A DNA stretch of 50,828 nucleotides from Hyphomicrobiales bacterium (GTDB lineage: Bacteria > Pseudomonadota > Alphaproteobacteria > Rhizobiales > Xanthobacteraceae). The notes under the pieces were generated by a model that saw only the letters and a program-made list of their open reading frames with translations, had not been told where the DNA came from and did not search any database. The DNA lies in the NCBI GenBank assembly GCA_039649225.1, contig JBBWZU010000651.1, positions 1-50,828 on the forward strand. Reading direction: 5' to 3'. The position numbers were made by a program, and so were the translations under genes. Shown here one piece after another: positions 9,612 through 21,315 of the stretch (positions are counted from its first letter, which is position 1; each line of letters opens with the position of its first letter).

Positions 9612-9893
9612 TCAGTGCGCCCTTTCCGCCGGCGCCGCGAACTCCGACAGCAGCGCGCGTATCGTCCGGCGCAGTCCATGCATTTGATCGATCAGATCGA
9701 GGATGATAGGCACGGCTTCCTTGTTCACACCCATACCCTGCAGGTCGCGGATCAACTGAGCACGGGCCACGTCGATCTCGGAAAATGAATCGTCCGTTGC
9801 GCCATGCTCCGGCATGAGCCAGCCGGCCTCGATCCATGCATGGAGGACCTCCGTCCTGAGATGCGCGGCGATCAGGAATTCACCCGTCTTCAT
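9612..9893 (-). CDS. cbpM: Chaperone-modulatory protein CbpM-like
   Basis: 93 aa immediately downstream of the cbpA-type gene (stop 9896, ATG 9893). MerR-like fold typical of CbpM. Confidence 0.65.
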   Translation of the reverse strand: MKTGEFLIAAHLRTEVLHAWIEAGWLMPEHGATDDSFSEIDVARAQLIRDLQGMGVNKEAVPIILDLIDQMHGLRRTIRALLSEFAAPAERAH

Positions 9894-9895
9894 GG

Positions 9896-10810
9896 TCAAG
9901 CCCCCATGGCGCGGCGCTGATTGCCGCTGTAATTGCTGGACTTGGCTGAAGCCCACTGCCCGATCAGCGTCTCGAGCTCCGGGTCGCGCTTCTCGGGAAG
10001 CATGATCTTGAGCGTGACATACTCATCTCCCGAGGTGCCGTTCGGGCGCGGAACGCCGCGACCTTTCAGCCGCAGTACAGTCCCGGTGTTGGACCATTTC
10101 GGCACCGTCATGGTGACTGTGCCGGTCGGCGTCGGCACGATCACTTTGCCGCCGAGCACTGCGTCGCGCAGCGGAATCGGCAGTTCGACGTGGATATCGT
10201 CGTCCTTGCGGCGGAAGAGGGGGTGCGGACGAACCTTGATCTCGATCAGCGCATCGCCCGGCGGGCCGCCACCCAGGCCGGGCCGGCCTTTGCCGCGCAG
10301 CCGCAACACGGTGCCGTCGCGCGAGCCCGGCGGAATGGTGACGTCGAGCGCAGAGCCGTCAGGCAGCGTGATCTGCTTCTTGCCGCCGTTGATTGCCTCG
10401 AGGAAATCAAGTTCGAGCTGGTAATGCGCGTCCGGTCCACGCATGCGAAAGCTGCCGCCACGGCCCTGCCGGCCGAATATGTCCGACAGGATATCTTCGC
10501 CGGCGAAATCTGCGAAGCCGGCATCGCTGGAATACTGAGAATCACCGTCTGCAAAATCCCGGTAGTAACGCTGCCGCGGTCGCTCCTGACCGGAGGCGTC
10601 GATCTCGCCGCGATCGAAGCGGGCGCGCTTGTCGGAGTCGCTCAGCAGATCATAGGCAGCGGAGACGTCCTTGAACTTCTCCTCGGCCTGCTTGTTGCCG
10701 GGATTGAGATCCGGGTGCAGCTTCTTCGCAAGCTTGCGGTACGCTTTCTGAATGTCTCCTGGCGAGGCGTCTTTCTTGACGCTCAACGTGGTGTAGGGGT
10801 CGGCGGCCAT
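9896..10810 (-). CDS. cbpA: DnaJ-family co-chaperone of the CbpA type (J domain and C-terminal domains, no zinc finger)
   Basis: J domain with HPD (KKLHPDLNPGN). There are no CxxCxGxG repeats, and DnaJ C-terminal beta-domains are present. Confidence 0.85.
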   Translation of the reverse strand: MAADPYTTLSVKKDASPGDIQKAYRKLAKKLHPDLNPGNKQAEEKFKDVSAAYDLLSDSDKRARFDRGEIDASGQERPRQRYYRDFADGDSQYSSDAGFADFAGEDILSDIFGRQGRGGSFRMRGPDAHYQLELDFLEAINGGKKQITLPDGSALDVTIPPGSRDGTVLRLRGKGRPGLGGGPPGDALIEIKVRPHPLFRRKDDDIHVELPIPLRDAVLGGKVIVPTPTGTVTMTVPKWSNTGTVLRLKGRGVPRPNGTSGDEYVTLKIMLPEKRDPELETLIGQWASAKSSNYSGNQRRAMGA

Positions 10811-10822
10811 GATTTCACCTGA

Positions 10823-11389
10823 TCACGGCTGTGCGCTGAGTTGCTGCGTGTTATCGTCAGATGCTGGCGCTTCCGACCGTCGTTTCACAACGGCGACACG
10901 TGCGGGGCGAAGCAGCCGGTCATGGATCATGTAGCCGTCCTCCATCACCTCGGCGACAGTTCCCGGCTCGCGCTTCGGATCGTCGATCTCCATCACCGCC
11001 TCGTGCAGCGCGGGGTCGAATGGCGCGCCAAGGGCCTCGATCTTGCGGACATCGAACCGCTCGAGGGCCTGCGTCAGCATCCGCTCGGTCGACCGCACGC
11101 CTTCCAGCAGTGCCGCATCCTCGACTGATTTGACTGGATTGCGCTCGGCCGTATCGATTGCGCGACGCAGATTGTCGACGACGCTCAGCATCTCGCGCGC
11201 AAAATTGGCGATCGCGTATTGCCGCATTTCATCGAGCGAGCGCTCAGTACGCCGGCGCGTATTCTCGGCGTCCGCCAGCGCCCGCATCAGCCGGTCGCGC
11301 AGCGACTGGTTCTCGGCCAGCAAGGTCGCGGGATCGACCGCTTCCGTCGCAATGCGCTCGTCTTCAGCGTGGTGCACGCCTTGCGCCAT
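10823..11389 (-). CDS. grpE: Nucleotide exchange factor GrpE
   Basis: 188 aa from ATG 11389. GrpE signatures RALADAENTRRR and GYMIHDRLLRPARVAV. Confidence 0.85.
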   Translation of the reverse strand: MAQGVHHAEDERIATEAVDPATLLAENQSLRDRLMRALADAENTRRRTERSLDEMRQYAIANFAREMLSVVDNLRRAIDTAERNPVKSVEDAALLEGVRSTERMLTQALERFDVRKIEALGAPFDPALHEAVMEIDDPKREPGTVAEVMEDGYMIHDRLLRPARVAVVKRRSEAPASDDNTQQLSAQP

Positions 11390-11405
11390 GTTCGACCTCG
11401 TCCAT

Positions 11406-13991
11406 TCAGGCGGCTTGTGCGAAGGTATTGCCGTTGATGACGAGCCGGCCATCCCGCACTGTAACCTTGACGGTATCTCCATCCTTGATCGCGCCGGACA
11501 GCAGCATCGTGGCGAGCGGGTTTTGCAACTCGCGCTGAATGACACGCCGCAATGGCCGCGCACCGTACACCGGGTCGTAGCCAGTATTGCCGAGCCAGAT
11601 CTTGGCCTGCTCGTCGATGTCGAGCGTGATCTTGCGATCGGCCAGCAGGCGTTGGAGATGCCGGAGTTGGATATCGACAATCCGCTTCATCTCGTTGCGG
11701 CCGAGCCGGTTGAACAGGATGATCTCGTCAAGGCGATTAAGGAATTCCGGCCGGAACGAGCGGCGTACCACGTCCATCACTTGATCGCGTGCGGCCTCCA
11801 CCGGCTGGCCTTCGAGCAATGCCGCAAGATATTCCGAGCCGAGATTGGAGGTGAGCACGATGATGGTATTGCGGAAATCGACTGTGTGTCCCTGGCCGTC
11901 GGTCAGTCGCCCGTCGTCAAGGACCTGCAACAGGATGTTGAAGACGTCATTGTGTGCTTTCTCGACCTCGTCGAACAGGATCACCTGATAGGGACGTCGC
12001 CGCACCGCTTCGGTCAGCGAGCCGCCTTCCTCGTAGCCGACATAGCCGGGAGGAGCACCGATCAGACGGGCCACGGCGTGCCGTTCCATGTATTCGGACA
12101 TGTCGATGCGCACCATCGCCTGCTCGTCATCGAACAGGAACGTGGCAAGCGCCTTGCACAATTCGGTCTTACCGACGCCGGTCGGTCCAAGGAACAGGAA
12201 CGAGCCGATCGGCCGATTGGGATCCTGTAACCCGGCGCGGGCACGCCGCACTGCGTCGGCGATGACCGCGATGGCGTGGTCCTGGCCGACCACGCGCTCG
12301 CGCAGCTTGTCTTCCATATGAAGCAGCTTTTCGCGTTCGCCTTCCATCATCCGGGCGACCGGAATGCCTGTCCAGCGCGAAACGACCTCGGCGACTTCCT
12401 CGGCGGTGACCTCCTGCTTGAGCATCTGGCCGCTGACCTTCGAGGCATCCGCCAGCCGGCGCTCGAGTTGCGGGATCACCGAATAGAGAAGTTCACCGGC
12501 CCGCTGCAGGTCGCCGCGGCGCTGCGCGATCTCAAGCTCGTTGCGCGACTGATCGAGCTGCGCCTGCAGGCGCTTGACTTCCTCGAGCTTGTCCCTCTCG
12601 GCCTTCCATTTTGCAGTCAGCTCGGCGGAGCGCTGTTCCAGATTTGCCAGTTCCTGCTCGAGGGTCTTAAGACGGTCCTTTGAGGCTTGGTCCGTCTCCT
12701 TTTTCAGCGCCTCGCGCTCGATCTTGAGCTGGATGATGCGGCGGTCGAGCTCGTCGATCTCTTCCGGCTTGGACTCGATCTCCATGCGCAGCCGGCTGGC
12801 GGCCTCATCGATCAGATCGATGGCCTTGTCGGGAAGAAAGCGGTTGGTGATGTAGCGGTTGGACAGCGTCGCGGCGGCGACGATGGCCCCGTCGGTGATG
12901 CGTACGCCATGATGCAGTTCGTATTTTTCCTTCAGGCCGCGCAGGATCGAGATTGTCTCCTCGACCGTCGGTTCGCCGACGAACACGGGTTGGAAGCGGC
13001 GGGCGAGCGCCGCATCTTTCTCGATGTTCTTGCGGAACTCATCCAGCGTGGTCGCGCCGATGCAATGCAGTTCGCCGCGCGCCAGCGCGGGCTTGAGCAT
13101 GTTCGAGGCGTCCATCGCGCCTTCGGCTTTGCCCGCACCGACCAGCGTGTGCAGCTCGTCGATGAACAGGATCACATCACCGGCCGCGGCGACCTCCGAA
13201 AGCACCGCTTACAGCCGCTCCTCGAACTCGCCGCGGTACTTTGCGCCGGCAAGCAGCGCGCCGAGATCGAGCGAGAGCAGCCGGCGATCCTTCAGGGTGT
13301 CGGGCACATCGCCGTTGACGATGCGCTGCGCGAGGCCTTCGACGATCGCGGTCTTGCCGACGCCGGGTTCTCCGATCAGCACCGGGTTGTTCTTGGTGCG
13401 GCGCGAGAGCACCTGCACGGTGCGGCGGATCTCCTCGTCGCGGCCAATGACCGGATCGAGCTTGCCCTGGCGTGCTTCCTCGGTGAAGTCTCGCGTGTAT
13501 TTCTTCAGCGCCTCGTAGTTGCCTTCGGCTGTGGCACTCTCCGCTTTGCGGCCCTGGCGGATGTCGGCGATCGCCTTGTTGAGGTTTTGCGCCGTGACGC
13601 CGGCACGCTTGAGAATGTCCGCAGCCGTTCCCTTGGACAGCGCCAGCGCCAGCAGCATGTATTCGACGGTCACGAAAGCATCGCCGGCCTTCTCGGCCAG
13701 TTGCTCGGCCTGATCGAACAGGCGCGCGGTCTCCGGCGCCATATAGACCTGGCCGGCGCCGCTGCCTTCCACCTTGGGCAGCTTCGCCAGTTCCACATCG
13801 ACCGCTTGGACAACTTGCGCCGCCGTCGCACCGGATGCATCGATCAGATTGGCGGCGAGCCTGTCCTCGTCATCCAGCAGCGCCTTCAACACATGCAGCG
13901 GCGTGAACTGCTGGTGGCCGCTGCGCATTGCAAGCGTCTGCGCCGACTGGATCAGCGTCTTCAAGCGGTCAGTATATTTCTCGATCTGCAT
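11406..13991 (-). pseudogene. clpB: ClpB disaggregase interrupted by one in-frame TAA (ORF pieces 13209-13991 and 11406-13205)
   Basis: The two ORFs are in the same frame and read ...[36 protein letters not shown]. Both AAA+ modules, the coiled-coil M-domain and the N-domain are intact. The stop (13209-13211) lies between Walker A (GEPGVGKT) and Walker B of NBD1, where ClpB proteins have Lys. Confidence 0.85.
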
Positions 13992-14045
13992 CGCTCATCT
14001 CCTCCAGGCGTTCCATGACCCGTGGACTGCGGCCGCAGATCCCCG

Positions 14046-15959
<1,914 letters not shown>

Positions 15960-16027
15960 GGTGCAGCTCCTGATGTGCGGGTGTCGTGGCGTTTATTGGC
16001 GCTTGCCTCTATCGGCGAACGAAGTTT

Positions 16028-16069
16028 GGGACGTGCTACTTGGGGGGAGGAGGGCCAGAAGCACGTCCC
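16028..16069 (-). terminator. 10-bp inverted repeat (gggacgtgct...agcacgtccc) between hsp20 and dnaK
   Basis: Perfect 10-bp arms with a 22-nt loop, 24 nt after the hsp20 stop. No U-tract follows, so it may be an attenuator or processing hairpin rather than a full terminator. Confidence 0.3.
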
Positions 16070-16092
16070 AGAAGGTCACCGCGCCGGGGGGA

Positions 16093-16587
16093 CTACGCGG
16101 CGTCCTTGACCTCGATCTTCTTTGGCTCGGCCTTCGCGGGTTTTGGAATGGTCAGTTTCAGGACCCCCTTCGACATGACGGCCTGGATGCTCGCCGGATC
16201 CACGCCGGGCGGAAGCTGGATCACGCGGTAGAACACGCCGTAGCTGCGCTCGCTGACGTGGTAGTTCTTGTCCTTGTCTTCTTCCTTGGTCTCGACCTTC
16301 TTCTCGCCGCGGATGGTGAGCAGATCGTCTTCGATGGATATATCGACATCCTTGCGCTCGAGCCCGGGTAGCTCGGCCGTGATCTCGATTTCCTTGTCGG
16401 TCTCCGTTACATCGATCGACGGCATGAGGTTGTTCTGGGCGGGTGAGGGCAGCGTACCATAGCCGCCACGGGTGAGATCATCGAACAGGCGATCGATCTC
16501 ACGATGCAGAGATCCAAACAGGCTGACGGGTTGCAGGCGGGTTCCGCCGTTTGTTGAAGAGGAAGGCTTGAGAGCGCTTAAGGGCAT
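16093..16587 (-). CDS. Hsp20/alpha-crystallin small heat-shock protein
   Basis: Alpha-crystallin domain (PSIDVTETDKEIEITAELPGLERKDVDISIEDDLLTIRGEKK...GVLKLTIPK). Confidence 0.9.
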   Translation of the reverse strand: MPLSALKPSSSTNGGTRLQPVSLFGSLHREIDRLFDDLTRGGYGTLPSPAQNNLMPSIDVTETDKEIEITAELPGLERKDVDISIEDDLLTIRGEKKVETKEEDKDKNYHVSERSYGVFYRVIQLPPGVDPASIQAVMSKGVLKLTIPKPAKAEPKKIEVKDAA

Positions 16588-16593
16588 GACAGT

Positions 16594-16625
16594 CTCCGTT
16601 GCTTTCTTGCTCCGTTGCTTTCTTG
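16594..16625. repeat. Perfect 16-bp tandem duplication in the hsp20 leader that duplicates the Shine-Dalgarno sequence
   Basis: ctccgttgctttcttg occurs twice in tandem (mRNA sense CAAGAAAGCAACGGAG x2). The proximal GGAG is 6 nt from ATG 16587. A third partial copy (tttcttgcg) lies at 16633-16641. Confidence 0.85.
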
Positions 16626-16695
16626 CGAATTATTTCTTGCGCGCTATTCGTGCAGGCGCGGCTATCCGCGTCCCATTGAAACACTCGGCGCCCCA

Positions 16696-17349
16696 TCACG
16701 GCGCCACGACGATCCGGTCTTCCACCTTGGTGACGCCCGGCGCCGACCACGCGACGCGCTCGGCTTCCTCGCGCTCGATCCACGAGCGTACCGTGCCCTT
16801 CAGGATCACCGCGCTGCCTTCTGTCTCGACAACGATGCGATTGGCGTCGACTTCGGCGTTGCGCTTGAATGCCTCCTGGATCTTCTTCTTGATCTCGGCA
16901 GGCTCGGCGCGCGGCTTGAGCACGATCGAATTGGTCACGCCCTTTATGCCCTTGATGCGTCGCACTGCGGCCTCGGCGGTGTTCTTCTGATATTGCCACT
17001 CCACCTGGCCTTCCAGCGTCACCCAGCCGTTCTTGACCACGATCTTGATGTTTTCCGATGAAATCGGGAGCAGGCTCTTCATCGCTGCGACGGCATCACG
17101 CGCAATTTCCGGATCCGGCCGCTCGTCGATCGCGGGCAATCGCACCTCGAGATCATTGGCAACGCCGCGGACACCCGCGACGCGTTTGGCCGCGGATTCC
17201 GCCTCGTATTTATCGGTGTAGCTTTTTACAAATCCCGCCAATGTGACCACACCGTCCTTGACCGACACGGCGATATCGCTCGGATCGAGATCGGGATTCC
17301 ATTGCAGTTCTTCCTTCACGTTTCGCTCAATGTCGCGGTCTGATGTCAT
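16696..17349 (-). CDS. BON-domain protein (three BON repeats, OsmY-like, no signal peptide)
   Basis: Three repeats of the pattern V.V.V..G.VTL.G.V......AE.A...V.GV..V.N.I. Confidence 0.8.
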   Translation of the reverse strand: MTSDRDIERNVKEELQWNPDLDPSDIAVSVKDGVVTLAGFVKSYTDKYEAESAAKRVAGVRGVANDLEVRLPAIDERPDPEIARDAVAAMKSLLPISSENIKIVVKNGWVTLEGQVEWQYQKNTAEAAVRRIKGIKGVTNSIVLKPRAEPAEIKKKIQEAFKRNAEVDANRIVVETEGSAVILKGTVRSWIEREEAERVAWSAPGVTKVEDRIVVAP

Positions 17350-17408
17350 GGCGGGCTCCGGTTTGGCTGAACGCCATCCAAACCTAATCAGGCCGCAGTT
17401 CGCAGCCC

Positions 17409-17422
17409 ATGACAGCCATCAA
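17409..17422. promoter_or_regulatory. Degenerate FixK-type box (atgacagccatcaa, 1 mismatch)
   Basis: Centred about 66 bp upstream of BON ATG 17349. Seven of the 8 fixed bases match. Confidence 0.3.
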
Positions 17423-17568
17423 TATTTCGGAAGTTTTCGCTGCAACCGCGCGCTACTAACAGACCTTGCGCGCCACGCCTCAGCCGATCGGCCAGCGCTC
17501 GATCGAGGCCAATGCGCTATCTGGTTTCGCGCGCGGCGCTCGCCTTCACATCACCGTGCGTGCACCCG

Positions 17569-18417
17569 CTACAACACCTCGAGCGGCTGCGCCCGCGTCG
17601 GTGGCGGGAAAGCGCGATCGAGCGCAGCCAGGTCCTGTTGCGTGAGTTCAAGATCGAGAGCGCGGCGATTGTCATGCACGTGATCGACAGTGCCGGCCTT
17701 CGGAATGGCGATGACGCCGTCCTGCCGCAGCACCCAGGCGAGCGCAACTTGTGCCGGCGTCGCATCATGACGTTCGGCAATGCGCTGCAAGGCCGGATGG
17801 CCAAGCAAGCGCCCTTGCTCGACCGGCGAGTATGCCATGATCGGAATGGCGCGCCTGCGGCACCAGGGCATCAGTTTAAATTCAATGCCGCGCCGGGTCA
17901 GATTGTAGAGGACCTGATCGGTGCCGACCGTCCGCCCGCCCGGTGTGTCCCACAGGTCGTTCATGTCGTCGACGTCGAAATTGCTAACTCCCCAGTGGCG
18001 GATCTTGCCGGCGGCGATCAGCACGGCGAAGGCTTCGAGCGTGGCTTTCAGCGGCACGCTGCCGCGCCAATGCAACAGATAGAGATCAAGGTAATTGGTC
18101 CGCAGCCGGCCGAGGCTGCGCTCGCAGGCCGCGACGGTGCCGCGCGCGGTGGCGTTCTGCGGCAGCACCTTGCTGACGAGGAAAACCTCGCTGCGGCGCC
18201 CATCGATCGCTTCGCCCACAAGTACCTCGGTCTCTCCGTCGGCGTACATTTCGGCGGTGTCGATCAGCGTCGATCCGAGATCGATCCCGGCGCGCAATGC
18301 CGCGATCTCGTCCTTTCGCCGGCGCGGGTCCTCGGCCATGTGCCAGGTGCCCTGGCCGAGGATCGGAACTGTTTCGCCGGAGGGAAGCTCGGCGGTGCGT
18401 AAAGCATATGCGAGCAT
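17569..18417 (-). CDS. Aldo/keto reductase
   Basis: AKR motifs LIDTAEMY, LDLYLLHW and GVSNF. Confidence 0.85.
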   Translation of the reverse strand: MLAYALRTAELPSGETVPILGQGTWHMAEDPRRRKDEIAALRAGIDLGSTLIDTAEMYADGETEVLVGEAIDGRRSEVFLVSKVLPQNATARGTVAACERSLGRLRTNYLDLYLLHWRGSVPLKATLEAFAVLIAAGKIRHWGVSNFDVDDMNDLWDTPGGRTVGTDQVLYNLTRRGIEFKLMPWCRRRAIPIMAYSPVEQGRLLGHPALQRIAERHDATPAQVALAWVLRQDGVIAIPKAGTVDHVHDNRRALDLELTQQDLAALDRAFPPPTRAQPLEVL

Positions 18418-18465
18418 GACAAGACCTACCGAAACCCCGATGTCCCGTTCGCGCGCTGCACCGAG

Positions 18466-19116
18466 CTAACCCGCGAGGGCTGCGTGCCGGACAAGAAGCG
18501 CTTCATCCGTCCGCCGCGGATCGGCCAGTGTGGCGGCGATCGACGCTACGTGTTGACCTTGGAAATGGGCCGCCTCCAGTTCCATCGCCGAAGGCATCCG
18601 GCTGCCGTCCCCGCCCGCGATCGTTGCAGCACCGTAGGGCGAGCCGCCCGCCACTTGATCGATCCTCATCTGCCCCGAAAATGAGCAGGGCAGGCCGACA
18701 ACGACCATGCCGAGATGCATCAGCGTTGGAATGAAGGTGAGGATCATGGACTCCTGGCCGCCGTGCTGCGTCGCTGTCGATGTGAATGCGGATCCGGCTT
18801 TGCCGATCAGCGCTCCCCGCGCCCACAGACTGCCGGCCTGATCGAGGAAATTGCGCATCTGCCCCGTCATGCTGCCGAACCGCGTCGGCGCCCCGAAGAT
18901 GATGGCATCGTATTCGGCAAGTTCCTGAACGCTTGCGACCGGGGCGGACTGGTCGAGCTTGAACCCGGACTTCCTCGCGGCCTCGAAAGGCACCAGTTCG
19001 GGGACACGCTTGACCACGGCCACGGCATCAGCCGATCGCGCGCCTTCGGCTTCCGCATAGGCCATCGTCTCGACGTGTCCGTAGGACGAATAGTAAAGCA
19101 CCAGCACCTTGATCAT
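18466..19116 (-). CDS. wrbA: NAD(P)H:quinone oxidoreductase, WrbA type (flavodoxin-like)
   Basis: [19 protein letters not shown]..., [17 protein letters not shown]. Confidence 0.85.
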   Translation of the reverse strand: MIKVLVLYYSSYGHVETMAYAEAEGARSADAVAVVKRVPELVPFEAARKSGFKLDQSAPVASVQELAEYDAIIFGAPTRFGSMTGQMRNFLDQAGSLWARGALIGKAGSAFTSTATQHGGQESMILTFIPTLMHLGMVVVGLPCSFSGQMRIDQVAGGSPYGAATIAGGDGSRMPSAMELEAAHFQGQHVASIAATLADPRRTDEALLVRHAALAG

Positions 19117-19143
19117 TGTCGGTCTCCAGCTTCCATTCGTGCC

Positions 19144-19629
19144 TTACAGGAGCAGACTGAAGATGTTGAACCCGCGCTCCCAGTGCTTGGTCTGCGGGTT
19201 CTTCAGCTCAGGGTCGATCAGCTTGAAACAGCGTGCAACGGCAACGCTGATGCCGCCTGCGATATTGGAGAGTTCCGCTTCCGTCTCATCGCTATAGCCG
19301 AGGCCGAGTGGCGGCCGTTTTGCGATGTAATCGAGGATCGGCCGCAGCTCGATCGCCTCGTCGATCTCCTTGAAATCTTCAATGCAGCGCCGCAGCCCCG
19401 GCGTGAGCGGGAGATCCCGCAGTTCGATGACGTCGCGGCCGTTCAGGCGCGCCGTCTCCTCGGCACAGATCAGCAGGTCGTAGATCTTGTGATTGACGAA
19501 GTCTTCGTGGCGTTTGATGTCCGACTTGTCAATGTCGAGTCCCGCGGCCACCCGGAACAGGCGTTCGAAGCGCGAAATTCCGGTCGGCCGCGGTGGCGGC
19601 ATCCTGTCGGCGGGAAGCTGGGCGATCAT
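19144..19629 (-). CDS. DUF1931 family protein (histone-fold-like family)
   Basis: 161 aa. FERLFRVAAGLDIDKSDIKRHEDFVNHKIYDLL...NGRDVIELRDLPLT...LIDPELKNPQTKHWERGFNIFSLLL matches my recollection of DUF1931. Overlaps the upstream gene stop by 4 nt (ATGA). Confidence 0.6.
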   Translation of the reverse strand: MIAQLPADRMPPPRPTGISRFERLFRVAAGLDIDKSDIKRHEDFVNHKIYDLLICAEETARLNGRDVIELRDLPLTPGLRRCIEDFKEIDEAIELRPILDYIAKRPPLGLGYSDETEAELSNIAGGISVAVARCFKLIDPELKNPQTKHWERGFNIFSLLL

Positions 19630-20633
19630 AGGTGATGGACCCGCAGCACGATCTTGCCGAGCACGTGGCCCTCGGCGAAGCGCTCATGGGCCTTCGCGGC
19701 GCGCTCAAGCGGAAACGCCTCGGCGATCGGCACCTTGAGCCTGGCTGCCTCAACGGCGCGATTGAGCTTCTCGAACTCGCCGACGCCGGAGACGGCATCA
19801 TAGTGCGTGAAGGGCACGCCGCGCCGTTTCTTCGGCTCCGGCTCGATGCCGTTCGGATAGGCGACGCGGCCGTCGCGGCGCAGCGTGTTCAGCGCGCTCT
19901 CCAGCTCATCGCCTCCGGCGAAGGCCAGCACGGCATCGACGCCATCCGGTGCGAACTGTCTCGCGGCGTCTTCGATGTCGCCACGGCGTCCATCGATCGC
20001 GATGTCCGCACCCATCTCGCGCACGAGCTCGATCCCGTCGAGACCCGAGGCGGTCGCGAGCACATGCGCGCCGCGCAGTTTCGCGAACTGGATGGCGAGC
20101 GTTCCAACGCCGCCCGAAGCGCCGTGGATGATAACGTACTCACCTTTCTTGAGATGAAGGGCGTCATCCACACCTTGAAGCGCAGTCAGGCCGGTGGTGG
20201 CGATCGCGCCGGCGTGCTCAAGATCAAGCTTTTTGGGTATCGGAGCGACCCTGTCGGCGGCGACGGCGACATACTGGGCATAGAAGCCGCCCTTCGGATT
20301 GGCCCAGCTATAGGAGTAGACCTTCTCGCCGACCGTCAGCCGCCGCACGCGCGCGCCAACGGCCGCAACGATTCCGGCGCCGTCCGTGCCGAGGATGAGC
20401 GGAAAGTGCGGCTTGCGCCCTACAATTCGGCCGGCCCGGATCCAGGTGTCCCAGGGCCCGACCCCCGCGGTGTCGATGGCGATCAGAACCTCGTTGGCAT
20501 CGATCGACGGGACCGGCAGTGCGCGAACCACAATGACGTCGGGTCCGCCGAAGCGATCGATCGCCGCAGCCTCCATGACATGGGGAATATGCTTCATGTG
20601 CTTGCCGGATTTGCCAAGGGGTCGGTCGAGCAT
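19626..20633 (-). CDS. Zinc-type/quinone oxidoreductase (MDR superfamily, NADPH:quinone reductase-like)
   Basis: MDR fold with the GASGGVGTLAIQFAK nucleotide-binding motif. The start is uncertain: ATG 20633 with GAGAGGG upstream, or alternatives at 20597 and 20579. Confidence 0.75.
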   Translation of the reverse strand: MLDRPLGKSGKHMKHIPHVMEAAAIDRFGGPDVIVVRALPVPSIDANEVLIAIDTAGVGPWDTWIRAGRIVGRKPHFPLILGTDGAGIVAAVGARVRRLTVGEKVYSYSWANPKGGFYAQYVAVAADRVAPIPKKLDLEHAGAIATTGLTALQGVDDALHLKKGEYVIIHGASGGVGTLAIQFAKLRGAHVLATASGLDGIELVREMGADIAIDGRRGDIEDAARQFAPDGVDAVLAFAGGDELESALNTLRRDGRVAYPNGIEPEPKKRRGVPFTHYDAVSGVGEFEKLNRAVEAARLKVPIAEAFPLERAAKAHERFAEGHVLGKIVLRVHHL

Positions 20634-20655
20634 GGGTCCCTCTCGCGCTTTATGG

Positions 20656-21315
20656 TCAGGGGTGGCCGAGCGGTTCGCTGCCAAGCCACGGATCGGGGCG
20701 AACGGAACCCAATGGCAGGTCTTCGGGAGTTTTCAGGATCTCGACTTCGTGCACGTGCACGGCGTTCGCCCGGTGGGCGATGAGAATTTCGCGCGCCTGA
20801 TCTTCCTTCTCGTCGGAGCGAACGCGAGTCCACATGATCAAACCGCGTGCCGGCAACGAATATTCGAGACCTTTCATTCTCGGTTCACCCAAGAAATGCC
20901 GTGCCAAAATAAAGCCGAGGCCGGCCCCCAACAAACCAACGATAATGCCGGCCGTTCCGATTTGCGTGGGACTGCTACCCGACAGGAACAAAGCGAGCGC
21001 GGTGAAGACTGCGGACATCGAACCCAAAGTGCTCGCAGCCACAACCTTGATGTTGTCCGCATCATCGTCGGTAAAAAGTGGCTGCCGTGGGACGCCCGGC
21101 ATGTCCGCCAATTCCTCGGCCACGATGTAGGTGGCGGCAGGCCCGAGCTTCCGGCGCACCTCGTCAGGTGGCGCAATCACGTCGATGTCGGAACGATCGA
21201 AGCCGGCGAGCAGCAAGGCATCGCCCGCGGCTTTGAGTGAGGACCAGGAGTGGAATACTCCGACCACCTCGCGGACACGGGCGCGATCCAGCACGATATC
21301 GGCGGGCTTGCCCAT
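20656..21315 (-). CDS. Hypothetical membrane protein (two central TM helices)
   Basis: 219 aa. Soluble N- and C-terminal parts flank VVAASTLGSMSAVFTALALFL and TAGIIVGLLGAGLGFILA. The start abuts the DUF5335 stop. Confidence 0.6.
   Translation of the reverse strand: MGKPADIVLDRARVREVVGVFHSWSSLKAAGDALLLAGFDRSDIDVIAPPDEVRRKLGPAATYIVAEELADMPGVPRQPLFTDDDADNIKVVAASTLGSMSAVFTALALFLSGSSPTQIGTAGIIVGLLGAGLGFILARHFLGEPRMKGLEYSLPARGLIMWTRVRSDEKEDQAREILIAHRANAVHVHEVEILKTPEDLPLGSVRPDPWLGSEPLGHP

Noticed and set aside
11043-14018. Long plus-strand ORFs (11043-12230, 12687-14018 and others) opposite grpE and clpB
   Set aside because: They lie antisense to genes with unmistakable ClpB and GrpE sequence. Their Arg/Ala/Gly-rich composition is typical of shadow ORFs in high-GC DNA. 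The same applies to 444-1418(-), 17512-18402(+), 19632-20783(+), 22393-23571(+), 30714-31745(+), 33455-34429(+), 34510-35769(+), 36718-37860(+) and 48309-49481(+).
16588-16695. ROSE-type RNA thermometer or sigma-32 promoter upstream of hsp20, and sigma-32 promoter upstream of dnaK (15960-16092)
   Set aside because: I found no anti-SD (CUCC/UUGCU) partner for the SD in the leader. There is also no CTTG-N17-CCTATNT-like element in either upstream region. The absence is by eye only.
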